From Gammaproteobacteria bacterium RIFCSPLOWO2_12_47_11 (GTDB lineage: Bacteria; Pseudomonadota; Gammaproteobacteria; Eutrophobiales; Eutrophobiaceae), in assembly GCA_001801885.1 (NCBI GenBank), contig MGYU01000075.1, positions 1 through 52,668 on the forward strand: a stretch of DNA of 52,668 bases. Reading direction: 5' to 3'. This document shows, one piece after another, positions 39,769 to 49,627 of this stretch. Within the stretch, counting starts at the first letter, position 1, and the number at the start of each line of letters is the position of its first letter. The notes under the pieces are model-generated. The model saw only the letters and a program-made list of their open reading frames with translations, did not search any database and had not been told where the DNA came from. Position numbers and translations under genes: made by a program.

Positions 39769-40848
39769 ATGAACCCAATTTACAAGTTAATCGGCTTGGT
39801 CATCCTGCTTGTTACAGTCCTGTTGGTATTCAACAGTGTTGCTGACAAAGGTATTTTATCGTTGGCAAGATTTACGTCGGAACCTGATAACGATGATGAT
39901 GAAGTAAAATCTGCACGGTCAGCCGTTGAAATCATTGATGGGCAAATTGCCGTCTATATAGACAGGCAGATACAGGAACAGGCCAATATTCAGACTGTCC
40001 GCCTGGAATCCGTTGAATACCGGAATGAAATTCATGCCTATGCCCGGGTACTGGATATCCAGTCACTGCTTGACTGGTGGTCACGTTATCGGGCAATACG
40101 GACAGAAAAAAAGATTGCCGAGGGTGCTGTACAGGTTTCAAGACAGGAATTTGAAAGACTGCAACTTTTACGCAGTGAGGCCTCGAATATTTCCGAGCGG
40201 CAACTGCAACAGGCCAGGCTGCTATGGATGAATGATCAGTCAAAACTTGATGCGACACAGGACAGACTGAAAGATATCCGTATCCAGTTAATCCAGGAAT
40301 GGGGCAGCAGTCTTGCAGACAAGCTGATGGATGAGGAGGAGTTCGCCAGGCAATTATTTGAACGGAAATCGGTGCTGTTGCTGGTGATACTGGAAGGACA
40401 TAAGGAATTACCTGGAAATACTTCTACATTATTTATCAGCGAACAGGGCAAGAACAGGAAACTGGCACAGGAAGCCTATTACATTTCACCCGCTTTATTA
40501 CCGGATAATCAGATCTACGGTCAGACCTATATTTTCCATACACCTGCCGCATCATTGCGTAGCGGTGTTTATCTCGATGCGTGGATCCCGGAGGGTAGCG
40601 AATCAACCACAGGTATATCAATCCCCCCGGAAGCGGTGATCTGGTATGCCGATAAACCCTGGGTTTATGTCAGGGACGGTGAGGAAACTTTTTTGCGCCG
40701 TGACCTGGATGAATATACCGTCACGCGGGAAGGGTGGATTGTAAAACGGGGTTTCCGGGCCGGCGAGCAGATTGTCCTGCATGGGGCACAGATGTTGTTA
40801 TCGGAAGAGTTCAGGTGGTCGATACCGGATGAAGATGATGACCCTTAA
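39769..40848 (+). CDS. putative periplasmic adaptor (membrane fusion protein) of the RND pump
   Basis: It has an N-terminal TM anchor, a coiled-coil middle and a beta-rich C terminus. It sits between the OMF and RND genes. The sequence is divergent, so the call is mainly positional. Confidence 0.55.
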   Translation: MNPIYKLIGLVILLVTVLLVFNSVADKGILSLARFTSEPDNDDDEVKSARSAVEIIDGQIAVYIDRQIQEQANIQTVRLESVEYRNEIHAYARVLDIQSLLDWWSRYRAIRTEKKIAEGAVQVSRQEFERLQLLRSEASNISERQLQQARLLWMNDQSKLDATQDRLKDIRIQLIQEWGSSLADKLMDEEEFARQLFERKSVLLLVILEGHKELPGNTSTLFISEQGKNRKLAQEAYYISPALLPDNQIYGQTYIFHTPAASLRSGVYLDAWIPEGSESTTGISIPPEAVIWYADKPWVYVRDGEETFLRRDLDEYTVTREGWIVKRGFRAGEQIVLHGAQMLLSEEFRWSIPDEDDDP

Positions 40849-40858
40849 GGCAGTAACA

Positions 40859-40965
40859 AGTGAAAAGTTACAAGTTACAAGAAATTATCAGTGATCAGAT
40901 TAACAGAAACTAAAAATTATATTTTCAACCTATAGCTTATTGCTTGTGACTTATAACTTGTAACT
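40859..40965. repeat. inverted pair of heptamer-repeat blocks in the MFP/RND intergenic spacer
   Basis: The left block is AGTGAAA AGTTACA AGTTACA AG (40859-40881). The right block, read on the other strand, is AGTTACA AGTTATA AGTCACA AG (40943-40965). The arms could pair across a loop of about 60 nt. Confidence 0.75.
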
Positions 40966-40971
40966 ATTTTT

Positions 40972-43900
40972 ATGTTAGCTGCCATCGTCAGGTTTTCGAT
41001 CCGGTTTCGTGGTGTCATCATTACGCTGGCATGCCTGTTGATCGCTTATGGTATTTATGAAATACCCCGTGCCGGTCTTGACATTTTTCCGGAATTCTCG
41101 CCCAAGCTGGTCATTATCCAGACGGAATCACCCGGCTTGTCCACGGAGCAGGTTGAAATTCTGGTTACACAACAGATTGAAAATGCCATAGGCGGGTTGA
41201 TAAACCTTCATCATATACGTTCGGAATCAATTCAGGGGCTTTCAATTGTTAATGTGGTCTTTGATGAAAAAAGCGATGTTTACCGTAACCGGCAACTTGT
41301 TTCGGAGCGGCTGGCCGGCATAAACAGCAGGTTGCCCGAAGGAGTGCACCAGCCGGTCATTGTTCCGCTGGCGTCTTCGTCTGCTACCGTATTGACTATC
41401 GGAATAACCAGTGACAGCCATAGCCTGATGGAACTGCGGGAGATTGCTGACTGGACGATCGTTCCACGTCTTCTGAGTGTCCCCGGTATAGCAGATGTCA
41501 ATGTTTTTGGCGGCGATATCCGTCAACTGCAGATACAGGTGGATCCTGAAAAACTGAAAGTTTATGGTGCCAGTATTCATGATGTTGTCACTGTTGCTGG
41601 ACAAGCCACTGCCATCAAGGGATCCGGATTTATTGAAAACCGGAACCAGCGCATAACTTTAACCACTGCCGGCCAGCCTTCGGATGAAGAATCCATTGGT
41701 AATGTCATCCTGAAACGGCATCAAGGCAGCAATGTTTATCTGAAGGATGTCGCTGAAATAAAAATGGGCGCCGAGCCGCCGTTCAGTGCTGCAGCCATGA
41801 TGGGCAAGCGGGGAATCGTGATGATGGTAATTGGTCAATACGGTGCAAATACCCTGACGGTTTCACGTGCGGCTGAAAATGCCCTGAATGAATTCAAGGT
41901 ATTGTTTGAAAAACAGGATATCAATCTTTATCCGGATTTATTCCGTCCTGCAAATTACATTGAGGTTTCACTCAAGAACATCTCGGGACATCTGATGGTA
42001 GGCGGTTTGTTTGTTGTGATCATCCTGGTTCTTTTTTTGTTTAATCTCAAGACGGCCTTTATTTCCGCGCTCGCCATCCCCTTGTCCCTGATAAGTGCAA
42101 CACTGGTTTTGTTGAATATGGGTATTAATCTCAATGTCATGGTGCTGGGTGGCCTGGCGATTGTACTGGGTGAAGTTGTGGATGACGCGATTATTGATAC
42201 GGAAAATATTTTCAGGCGCCTCAGGCAGAACCGGCTGCTGGAACAACCACGGCCTGTTGCCGAAGTAGTCTTCGATGCCTCAATGGAAGTCAGGAGTTCA
42301 GTGGTCTATGCAACCTTTATAGTGGCCATCGTATTCATCCCCTTGCTTACACTCAGTGGCCTTGCCGGCCGCTTGTTCTCACCACTCGGATTTTCCTATA
42401 TTCTCGCCATCCTGATGTCGCTGGTAGTCGCACTGACCGTAACGCCGGCCTTGTGTTACTTCCTGCTGGAGCGTGGCAAATTATCCAGTGCTGATCCACC
42501 CCTCATTCGATTGATAAAACCCGTCTATAGCTGGTTACTGCATCTTATTGGCCGTTTCCCCATGTTGACCATCTCGGTCAGCATCATTGTCTGTTTCCTG
42601 AGTTTCGGGATAGTCCCCAGGCTGGGTGGTGAGTTTCTGCCTGATCTGCGCGAAGGACACTATATCGTACATACTTCGAGTTTGCCCGGTACGTCCTTGC
42701 AGGAATCGATACGTATGGGCAATGAATTGACCAGGGAATTTCTGAAAATAACCGGAGTACGTTCCATTTCACAATGGGCAGGACGAGCAGAGCGTGGCGC
42801 GGATACTTTCGGCAGTCACTACAGTGAATTTGAAGTTGATCTTGTCCCCATGTCCGGCAGTGAGCAACAGCGGGTGCTCGATCAATTGCGTGGAGTAATG
42901 CGCTCCATGCCGGGCATCCTGTTTGAGGCGCACAATTTTCTGTCTGAACGGATAGACGAAACTATCTCGGGTTATCAGGCCCCGGTCGTTATCAATATTT
43001 ATGGCGAGGATCTGGAAGTGCTGGACCGGCTGGTGCAGGCTGTCGCAGAGGTCACACGTTCCGTCCCCGGTGGAACCGATATCCAGTTACGTTCCCCTCC
43101 GGGTACACCGTTGTTGCAAATAAGATTAAACCTGGAACAACTGGCAAGCTGGGGATTGCGCCCGGTTGAAGTCATGGACGCTATCCGGGTCGCCTACGAA
43201 GGTCATAAGGCCGGCAGGATCAACAAGGGCAACCGTATATATGATGTTGCAGTATTTCTCAAGGATGAACAACGGCAGCAGCCGCTTGATGTAAACAAGC
43301 TTCCATTACGTACCATGGACGGTGTCTTTGTTACACTGGATCAGGTTGCGGATATTGCCCAGACAGGTGGCCGTTATAATATCCTGCATCGGGGCGCCCA
43401 GCGTGTGCAGACAGTCACAACGCATGTCGAAAATCGTGATCTTGAGTCCTTCATGGATGAACTGAAAGAACGTGTGTTGGAAGAAATCAGATTTCCTGCC
43501 GGAACCTATCCGGAATTTACCGGCGCATCTATAGAACGCGCCAAGGCCAGGGAAGAATTGATCCTGCATTCAACCCTGGCCGGCATCGGTGTACTGATAC
43601 TGATCTTTATCGCCGTCGGCAATTCCCGAAATGTCCTGCTCATGTTGCTTAACCTGCCGTTCTCCCTGGTAGGCGGCATACTCGCGGTGTTGGTTACCGG
43701 GAATACCATCTCGGTGGGTTCCATGGTCGGATTTGTCACACTGTTTGGTATTACCGTGCGCAATTCCATCATGCTGGTTTCACATTATAAATATCTGATT
43801 GAAGTCGAGGGACTGGTGTGGAACATGGAAACCGCCATAAAGGGCGCCCAGGAGCGATTGCCTTCCATACTCATGACCGCACTGGTGACTGCGCTGGCCA

Positions 43901-44055
43901 TGCTGCCCATCGCCTTTGACAGTGACAACCCGGGGCGCGAGATCATGGGGCCGATGGCCAGTATCATTATCGGTGGCCTGGCCTCATCAACGCTGATGAA
44001 TTTACTGATCATGCCCACTATCATGCTCAATTTCGGCAGCTTTAAAAAACAGTAA
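40972..44055 (+). CDS. heavy-metal-efflux type RND transporter (CusA/CzcA family)
   Basis: 1027 aa with 12-TM RND architecture. The TM4 motif LAIVLGEVVDDAIIDTEN resembles the CusA-type A-x-G-x-x-V-D-x-A-I-x-x-x-E-N. Confidence 0.88.
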   Translation: MLAAIVRFSIRFRGVIITLACLLIAYGIYEIPRAGLDIFPEFSPKLVIIQTESPGLSTEQVEILVTQQIENAIGGLINLHHIRSESIQGLSIVNVVFDEKSDVYRNRQLVSERLAGINSRLPEGVHQPVIVPLASSSATVLTIGITSDSHSLMELREIADWTIVPRLLSVPGIADVNVFGGDIRQLQIQVDPEKLKVYGASIHDVVTVAGQATAIKGSGFIENRNQRITLTTAGQPSDEESIGNVILKRHQGSNVYLKDVAEIKMGAEPPFSAAAMMGKRGIVMMVIGQYGANTLTVSRAAENALNEFKVLFEKQDINLYPDLFRPANYIEVSLKNISGHLMVGGLFVVIILVLFLFNLKTAFISALAIPLSLISATLVLLNMGINLNVMVLGGLAIVLGEVVDDAIIDTENIFRRLRQNRLLEQPRPVAEVVFDASMEVRSSVVYATFIVAIVFIPLLTLSGLAGRLFSPLGFSYILAILMSLVVALTVTPALCYFLLERGKLSSADPPLIRLIKPVYSWLLHLIGRFPMLTISVSIIVCFLSFGIVPRLGGEFLPDLREGHYIVHTSSLPGTSLQESIRMGNELTREFLKITGVRSISQWAGRAERGADTFGSHYSEFEVDLVPMSGSEQQRVLDQLRGVMRSMPGILFEAHNFLSERIDETISGYQAPVVINIYGEDLEVLDRLVQAVAEVTRSVPGGTDIQLRSPPGTPLLQIRLNLEQLASWGLRPVEVMDAIRVAYEGHKAGRINKGNRIYDVAVFLKDEQRQQPLDVNKLPLRTMDGVFVTLDQVADIAQTGGRYNILHRGAQRVQTVTTHVENRDLESFMDELKERVLEEIRFPAGTYPEFTGASIERAKAREELILHSTLAGIGVLILIFIAVGNSRNVLLMLLNLPFSLVGGILAVLVTGNTISVGSMVGFVTLFGITVRNSIMLVSHYKYLIEVEGLVWNMETAIKGAQERLPSILMTALVTALAMLPIAFDSDNPGREIMGPMASIIIGGLASSTLMNLLIMPTIMLNFGSFKKQ

Positions 44056-44195
44056 ACCTGAAACATAACGTAATCTTTCATTAATACATATCAAAACTAT
44101 AAGCTATTACCGTACATGATATAGTGATAAAGCTGGGAATTGCTGACCAGTGACTGCTCTTATCATATGGGTGCTGATAGCCTGTATTTGTTTTC

Positions 44196-45452
44196 ATGAA
44201 TATATTGATAATTGACGATTCGAAGGATTTCCGGGCGCTGGTGAGATCATATCTTTCCAAACAACTCAAAGTGGCGCGGCTGGTTGACTACGAGGTAGAA
44301 AATCTGGGCAAGCCCGGTCCGGATTTCAAATGGTCAGACTATGATGTGCTGCTGCTGGATTACAATCTGGGCGGCGGTGAAAACGGGTTTACCTGGTTAA
44401 AGGAGTTTTCTTCAGCAACAGGATTCCCTCCAACCATTATTCTGACGGCAGAAGGTGATGAGTATATTGCAGTCAAGGCCATCAAACTGGGTGCCGCAGA
44501 CTATCTCAATAAAGTGGATATGTCTCCCAGGCGCCTGGTTGAAGCTATCATCGAGGCGACTGAATATACACCCCAGAAAAAAGCCGAACTGGAAAAAGAC
44601 AAAGTTCAGGCCGAAGGCCTGGTTCATGAGTTACATAATAAAAACCAGAAAGCATCCAGACAACCCGAAATCGGCTCTGCATATAAATTTGTCAGGGAGA
44701 TTGGCCAGGGCGCGATGTCCAAGGTTTATCTGGCCGAACGCGAGTCCGATCAATTATCTCTGGTACTCAAGATACTGGAGATAGACGCCTCAACCAGTGA
44801 AGTATCGGTCTGTCGATTCATGCAGGAAGCTGAACTGGTTTCAAAATTGTCCAGTCCGTTTGTTGTCAGGATTTATGATTATGGTCTGACAAATGAATAT
44901 TGTTTTATCGCCATGGAGTTTTTTTCCAGGGGTGATTTGAAGCAAAGGATGGAACTGAGATTATCTTCAGATCTTGCAATCAATTACATGACGCACATTG
45001 CCTACGGCCTGGATGCCATACACAGGATCGGAGTAGTACACAGGGACCTAAAACCGGCGAATATCATGTTCCGCGGTGATGACAGTCTGGCATTGGCGGA
45101 TTTTGGCATATCAAAAAAACTGGATTCCCCCTCTGAATTGACTACTCTCGGGCAGATACTTGGAACACCACATTATATAAGTCCTGAACAGGGCGAGGGC
45201 AGGGCCATCGATCCGCGCTCTGATATTTACAGTGCTGGCGTGCTGCTGTATGAGTTGCTGACACGGGAAAAACCTTACACGGCATCTACACCAGCCGCAT
45301 TGATCTACCAGCATGTGTATTCACCTGTTCCTGTATTGCCGGGGAAGTTGGCCGGATATCAGGAGATCATTAATACAACCATGGCCAAGCATCCGGCAGA
45401 ACGTTACCAGACGGCAGCGGAGCTGATCCGGGCACTGGAAGCAGTGGCATAA
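44196..45452 (+). CDS. response-regulator receiver domain fused to Hanks-type Ser/Thr protein kinase
   Basis: REC elements are ILIIDDS, VLLLDYNL, ILTAEG and KAIKLGAADYL. Kinase elements are the G-loop IGQGAMSKVY, the Lys in LVLKIL, the catalytic VHRDLKPANI, DFG, and GTPHYISPEQ. Confidence 0.88.
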   Translation: MNILIIDDSKDFRALVRSYLSKQLKVARLVDYEVENLGKPGPDFKWSDYDVLLLDYNLGGGENGFTWLKEFSSATGFPPTIILTAEGDEYIAVKAIKLGAADYLNKVDMSPRRLVEAIIEATEYTPQKKAELEKDKVQAEGLVHELHNKNQKASRQPEIGSAYKFVREIGQGAMSKVYLAERESDQLSLVLKILEIDASTSEVSVCRFMQEAELVSKLSSPFVVRIYDYGLTNEYCFIAMEFFSRGDLKQRMELRLSSDLAINYMTHIAYGLDAIHRIGVVHRDLKPANIMFRGDDSLALADFGISKKLDSPSELTTLGQILGTPHYISPEQGEGRAIDPRSDIYSAGVLLYELLTREKPYTASTPAALIYQHVYSPVPVLPGKLAGYQEIINTTMAKHPAERYQTAAELIRALEAVA

Positions 45453-45458
45453 CTCTGT

Positions 45459-46682
45459 CTAGCTGCTTTTTTCATTCATCCGGTCACCCAGCTTGTTTAA
45501 CCACCATTGGGCCTGTTCCCGGGTATTTTTATAGCTGATGGCCCGGTTCAGCGCTTTGGCCGAGCGTGACAGATCATTATTGTGGTAGGCAGCGATGCCC
45601 AGTAATAACCAGGCCTCGGCAATATGGATTATTTTTTCATCCTTGATGGCCTGTTCCAGGGAGATGATGGCGTTCTGCCAGTTCTCCTGTTCAAAATAAA
45701 CCTGGCCTATCCTGAAATAAATGCCGGGATCATTTTTTATCCTGGCAATCTCGGTCAGGACTTCTGTAGTGCGGCCAAATTCCCTGGCAAGCTGCCAACT
45801 GTTTGCCAGTAATTCAAGATTGTCAACACTTCTGGATACCTTGCCACGGTCAATCTCGTCGCTCAGCAATCTGGCCGCCTTAAGGGGGATTTCCTCATTA
45901 AGATAGAGTTGTACAAGCTGGATTATTTCCGGTTCACCCAGAATATTTTTTCTCAGTGCCAGCTCATAGATGGCCAGGGATTGTTTATATTGTTTCAGGA
46001 TTTGATAGGTAGCGGCCAGTTGCAGCCAGTAAATGTCCTTGCCGGGGTATAGCTTGATCATTTTTTCCAGCAGGGCAGCGGCATTCTTGTGATCATTGGT
46101 TTCATAAAATCCGGCAAGCAACATTTCATACCAGCCTTGTTCGGGTTTTTGTGATTTATCGATGGCTTTTTGTGTCTGGGAGATCATGTTTCCGTAATCC
46201 TCCAGCCGGTAATAGATAGTCGCTGCCATCATATGTGCTTCCGGTTTGGGGTTGGCCTCTTTTGCAAACCAGGCATTCAGATAGATCAGACTCTCTTTGT
46301 GTTTGTCGTCATTGGCCAAAAGCTGGGCAATGATAAAGTTAATAGTATGAGTGACTTCGTCCGGCAATGCATTTGATTCAACTGATTTTATGAAAGCGGC
46401 CGTTGCCTGGGAATATTTGTCCATCGCAATATAGACATAGCCCAGTGTCTGGTTTGCCACAGATTCTTCATATTGGCTGATGTTCGTGCTTAACAGCCCC
46501 GTCAATTTTGACTCGGCCTGTGTATATTCATTCTTGTCCATCAATTCGCGGGCGGCGGAAATGGCTTCATACGCATTATTCGAGAGCAGATACTGATCTT
46601 CCTGCTCTGCTGTTACAGGGCAGATGCAGGCAAACAGGGTGGTAATGAAAAAAAAGCCGGGTAGTATGTTTTTGAAGCTCAT
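45459..46682 (-). CDS. TPR-repeat periplasmic protein (TtpD-like, TonB2-cluster associated)
   Basis: Signal peptide and multiple TPR-like repeats. It lies immediately downstream of tonB, as in Vibrio TonB2 clusters. Confidence 0.75.
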   Translation of the reverse strand: MSFKNILPGFFFITTLFACICPVTAEQEDQYLLSNNAYEAISAARELMDKNEYTQAESKLTGLLSTNISQYEESVANQTLGYVYIAMDKYSQATAAFIKSVESNALPDEVTHTINFIIAQLLANDDKHKESLIYLNAWFAKEANPKPEAHMMAATIYYRLEDYGNMISQTQKAIDKSQKPEQGWYEMLLAGFYETNDHKNAAALLEKMIKLYPGKDIYWLQLAATYQILKQYKQSLAIYELALRKNILGEPEIIQLVQLYLNEEIPLKAARLLSDEIDRGKVSRSVDNLELLANSWQLAREFGRTTEVLTEIARIKNDPGIYFRIGQVYFEQENWQNAIISLEQAIKDEKIIHIAEAWLLLGIAAYHNNDLSRSAKALNRAISYKNTREQAQWWLNKLGDRMNEKSS

Positions 46683-46685
46683 TAA

Positions 46686-47342
46686 TTATTTTATCAGGGT
46701 AAATTTTATATCTTGCCGTGCACGTTTCTCGACAGGTTGTCCATTCACAATTTCAGTTGCAAACTTCCATCTGGAGACAGCCTCTATCACAGCACGATCA
46801 AATATACCGGGAGGTTCACCCTTGACCACTTCAATGTTTGAAACCGAACCATCGGTCATTATTGTAAATTCGACAGTCACCATGCCTTCAATACCGGCAC
46901 GTAATGCGCGTGGTGGATAGACCGGTTCAATCCGGGTTGTCGGGACAACATTGGTAGTGATCCCGGAAGTAGAGGGGATGGCAGATGGTGATGATTTAAG
47001 GTAATCACCCAGATAAGGCACCCCGTCAATGGCCAAAGGGACATTGATATTCGGCATGGAGAGATCCGGAGTAACCTGTTTTGGTTTTGGCACATCGGGT
47101 TGTGCAATTTTGGGTAAGGGTGGTGTTTCTTCAGGCGGAGGTGGTTCGTCCGGCCTGGGTTTTTTTTCTTCATCTACACGTGTTTGTTGTTCCAGCTGAA
47201 TAAAATCAATCCAGTTAATGCTTTCCAGGCGTGGCAAAGCAACCATTTCATTAGTCACCAGTTGATGGATTAAAAGAAACAGGAGTGCATTAATAATAAT
47301 GGAGACGCTGATGATTAACGGCTGTTTGATTACTCTGCGCAT
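46686..47342 (-). CDS. tonB: energy transducer TonB
   Basis: N-terminal TM anchor, Pro-rich spacer (PRPDEPPPPEETPPLPK) and a TonB C-terminal domain (YPPRALRAGIEGMVTVEFTI..DGSV..IEVV). Confidence 0.88.
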   Translation of the reverse strand: MRRVIKQPLIISVSIIINALLFLLIHQLVTNEMVALPRLESINWIDFIQLEQQTRVDEEKKPRPDEPPPPEETPPLPKIAQPDVPKPKQVTPDLSMPNINVPLAIDGVPYLGDYLKSSPSAIPSTSGITTNVVPTTRIEPVYPPRALRAGIEGMVTVEFTIMTDGSVSNIEVVKGEPPGIFDRAVIEAVSRWKFATEIVNGQPVEKRARQDIKFTLIK

Positions 47343-47373
47343 TTTGTGAACACCAAATTTCGGCTTTGCGTTA

Positions 47374-47778
47374 TTACTTGCGCTCGGCGGCTATGGCTAC
47401 ATTCGTGACTCCTGCCAGTCTGACCTGGTCAAGCACATCGACGGCTGTACCTGTGCGTGATTCCTTGTCAGCGAGAATGATGACGGTCCCTTCAGGGTTT
47501 TGTGCGTGCAGACGTTCGACGTGGGCACGGATGGTCCTCAAATCGACAAGTTGATTGTCTATCCAGATTTCCCCGCTTTTATTAATGGCGATAATCAGAT
47601 TTCCCCGCTCCTGGCGCACTGCTGTTTGTGCAGTGGGCCGGTTGACGTCTATCCCTGCTTCCTTGGTAAAAGAGGCCGTTACCAGAAAAAAGATCAGCAG
47701 GATAAACACTACGTCAATTAATGGTGTCAGGTTGACATTCGCTGCCGAGGATTCCTGATCTGTGTGACTATAGCGCAT
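47374..47778 (-). CDS. exbD: biopolymer transport protein ExbD/TolR
   Basis: VNLTPLIDVVFILLIFFLV TM helix with the conserved Asp. 134 aa. Confidence 0.9.
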   Translation of the reverse strand: MRYSHTDQESSAANVNLTPLIDVVFILLIFFLVTASFTKEAGIDVNRPTAQTAVRQERGNLIIAINKSGEIWIDNQLVDLRTIRAHVERLHAQNPEGTVIILADKESRTGTAVDVLDQVRLAGVTNVAIAAERK

Positions 47779-47780
47779 GG

Positions 47781-48281
47781 TTATATCTGTAGCAGGTCTT
47801 TGGCTTTTTCAAGTTGTGTTTTTACACGGTAGTCCAGATCTGAGCTGAAGAACAATCCGGCCAGTGCCGTAACCAGCCCGGCGATGGTTGGCAGGAGAGC
47901 GCGGGATATTCCCGAGGCCATACCCTGGGTATTGCCGGTACCGAATACCTTCAATACTTCAAAAATGGCGATCATGCCGGTGACAGTGCCCAGCAGTCCC
48001 AGTAATGGTAACACTGTAGTAATGGCCTTGATGGGGATCAGGTTTTCCTTGGAAGAGATCACAATATCGGCCAGCAGGCCTTCACGCACCCTCCATGCAT
48101 ACCAGGAGGAATGATCATTACGATGCTGCCATTTATTGAGGACCTCTTCCAATTTTTGCGGGAACACCATAAAAAAATACCAGTAGCGTTCGAGGATCAG
48201 GGCCCATAAGAAAAAAGACGTCACCAGCACGGCAAAAAATACGGGGCCGCCTGTCTCGAAGAATTCAAGTATCGAATCCAT
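47781..48281 (-). CDS. exbB: MotA/TolQ/ExbB proton channel protein (short ExbB)
   Basis: LPLLGLLGTVTGMI and GISRALLPTIAGLVTALAGLFF signatures. Confidence 0.88.
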   Translation of the reverse strand: MDSILEFFETGGPVFFAVLVTSFFLWALILERYWYFFMVFPQKLEEVLNKWQHRNDHSSWYAWRVREGLLADIVISSKENLIPIKAITTVLPLLGLLGTVTGMIAIFEVLKVFGTGNTQGMASGISRALLPTIAGLVTALAGLFFSSDLDYRVKTQLEKAKDLLQI

Positions 48282-48283
48282 AA

Positions 48284-49627
48284 TTATTTCTTCTGGTGGG
48301 ATTCCGCAAGCATGGCGACATAGGCAGCACTCTTTTCATCCAGAACATGGATCAGGCGGTTACTTTTTGATGAAAGAGCACTGTGTAGCAATAACAGGGG
48401 AATGGCAGTCATCAGTCCCTGAACTGTTGTCACCAGTGCCTTTGAGATGCCACCTGACATCACTCTGGGATCGCCGGTACCGAACAGGGTAATGGACTGG
48501 AAGGTTTCGATAATACCCGTAACCGTACCGAGCAGCCCCATCAGCAGGGCAATCTCACCCAGCAGGGCGACTACACGCAGGCCTTTTTGCAGTATGGGTG
48601 TTTCCTTGAGTATGGCCTCATCGAGTTTCAATCCCAGTGTTTCGGTATCTGCATCGGGATTGGCTTTGTAGACGGCCATTATGCGGCCGAGTGGATTATC
48701 CCCCGGCGCGTTGACATGCAACTGGACCTTGATCTTTCTGTCTATGCTGCTCAAAACGATGAAGCGTTTAAGTGCAATGAGCAAACCAATAATCCCGATA
48801 ACGATGATCATATAACCGATGATACCGCCCTGTTGTATACGGGTTTTCATATCAGGGACCTGAACCAGCAGGGCCAGCATTGCCCCACGGGTGGGATCAA
48901 CCGGAAAAGGAACCATGCCGGACGTGGACTGTTCAAGTGCCGCTGCCATGGATTGAAAACGGCCGGCGGGTTGTCTGCCGGGTTCAATGAAATGGTCACT
49001 CTCAGGCAGGTATCGCAGAAAATGGCCATTGGATACGGCATTAAATACACCTATGCGGGTGACATTCTGTTGCAGTTCATCACCTGTGCTGGTAATAATT
49101 TTTGCAGGAAAAGTTACAACCTTGCCTGCTTCCGCCAGTTCATCAAGGACTATATGCCATAATTTTTCCAGTTGGTCGATGGCAGGCAACGCCCGGCTGG
49201 CCGAAAGTGCATCAACAAGATCGTCACGTCCCGGCGTTTGGGTGGAAACAAGAGAGGTATCTATGATGGAATCAATATCGTTGGCGATCTGCCTGACCAC
49301 ACCATGCAATTCACCCAGTGAACCCATGCGTTGTGACATAATGGTATTCTGTGCATTGATTTCACGTTCATTCTGTTCGTAGATGGATTTCAGTTCTTCA
49401 CTGCGCTTTTCTTCCGCCTGTAAACGGGCCTTGGCTTCCATCAGCAGTTGTTGTTGCTGGTCATGCGCCTCCCTGAATTTCTGTTCGCGTTCAAGATTTT
49501 CCTGCCTTTCCAGTGTACGTTCCTTGCGTACCTGTTCTACCAATGCATCAATCGTGGCCGGCGCTTCTGCAGCGGCAGCAGAATTCATAAAAAATAATGA
49601 CAGTATGAGTAGTGTGTACGTTTTCAT
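48284..49627 (-). CDS. large MotA/TolQ/ExbB-family protein with periplasmic N-terminal extension (TtpC-like)
   Basis: Signal peptide, a coiled-coil N-terminal region, and a C-terminal ExbB signature (LMGLLGTVTGIIETF, GISKALVTTVQGL). Confidence 0.85.
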   Translation of the reverse strand: MKTYTLLILSLFFMNSAAAAEAPATIDALVEQVRKERTLERQENLEREQKFREAHDQQQQLLMEAKARLQAEEKRSEELKSIYEQNEREINAQNTIMSQRMGSLGELHGVVRQIANDIDSIIDTSLVSTQTPGRDDLVDALSASRALPAIDQLEKLWHIVLDELAEAGKVVTFPAKIITSTGDELQQNVTRIGVFNAVSNGHFLRYLPESDHFIEPGRQPAGRFQSMAAALEQSTSGMVPFPVDPTRGAMLALLVQVPDMKTRIQQGGIIGYMIIVIGIIGLLIALKRFIVLSSIDRKIKVQLHVNAPGDNPLGRIMAVYKANPDADTETLGLKLDEAILKETPILQKGLRVVALLGEIALLMGLLGTVTGIIETFQSITLFGTGDPRVMSGGISKALVTTVQGLMTAIPLLLLHSALSSKSNRLIHVLDEKSAAYVAMLAESHQKK

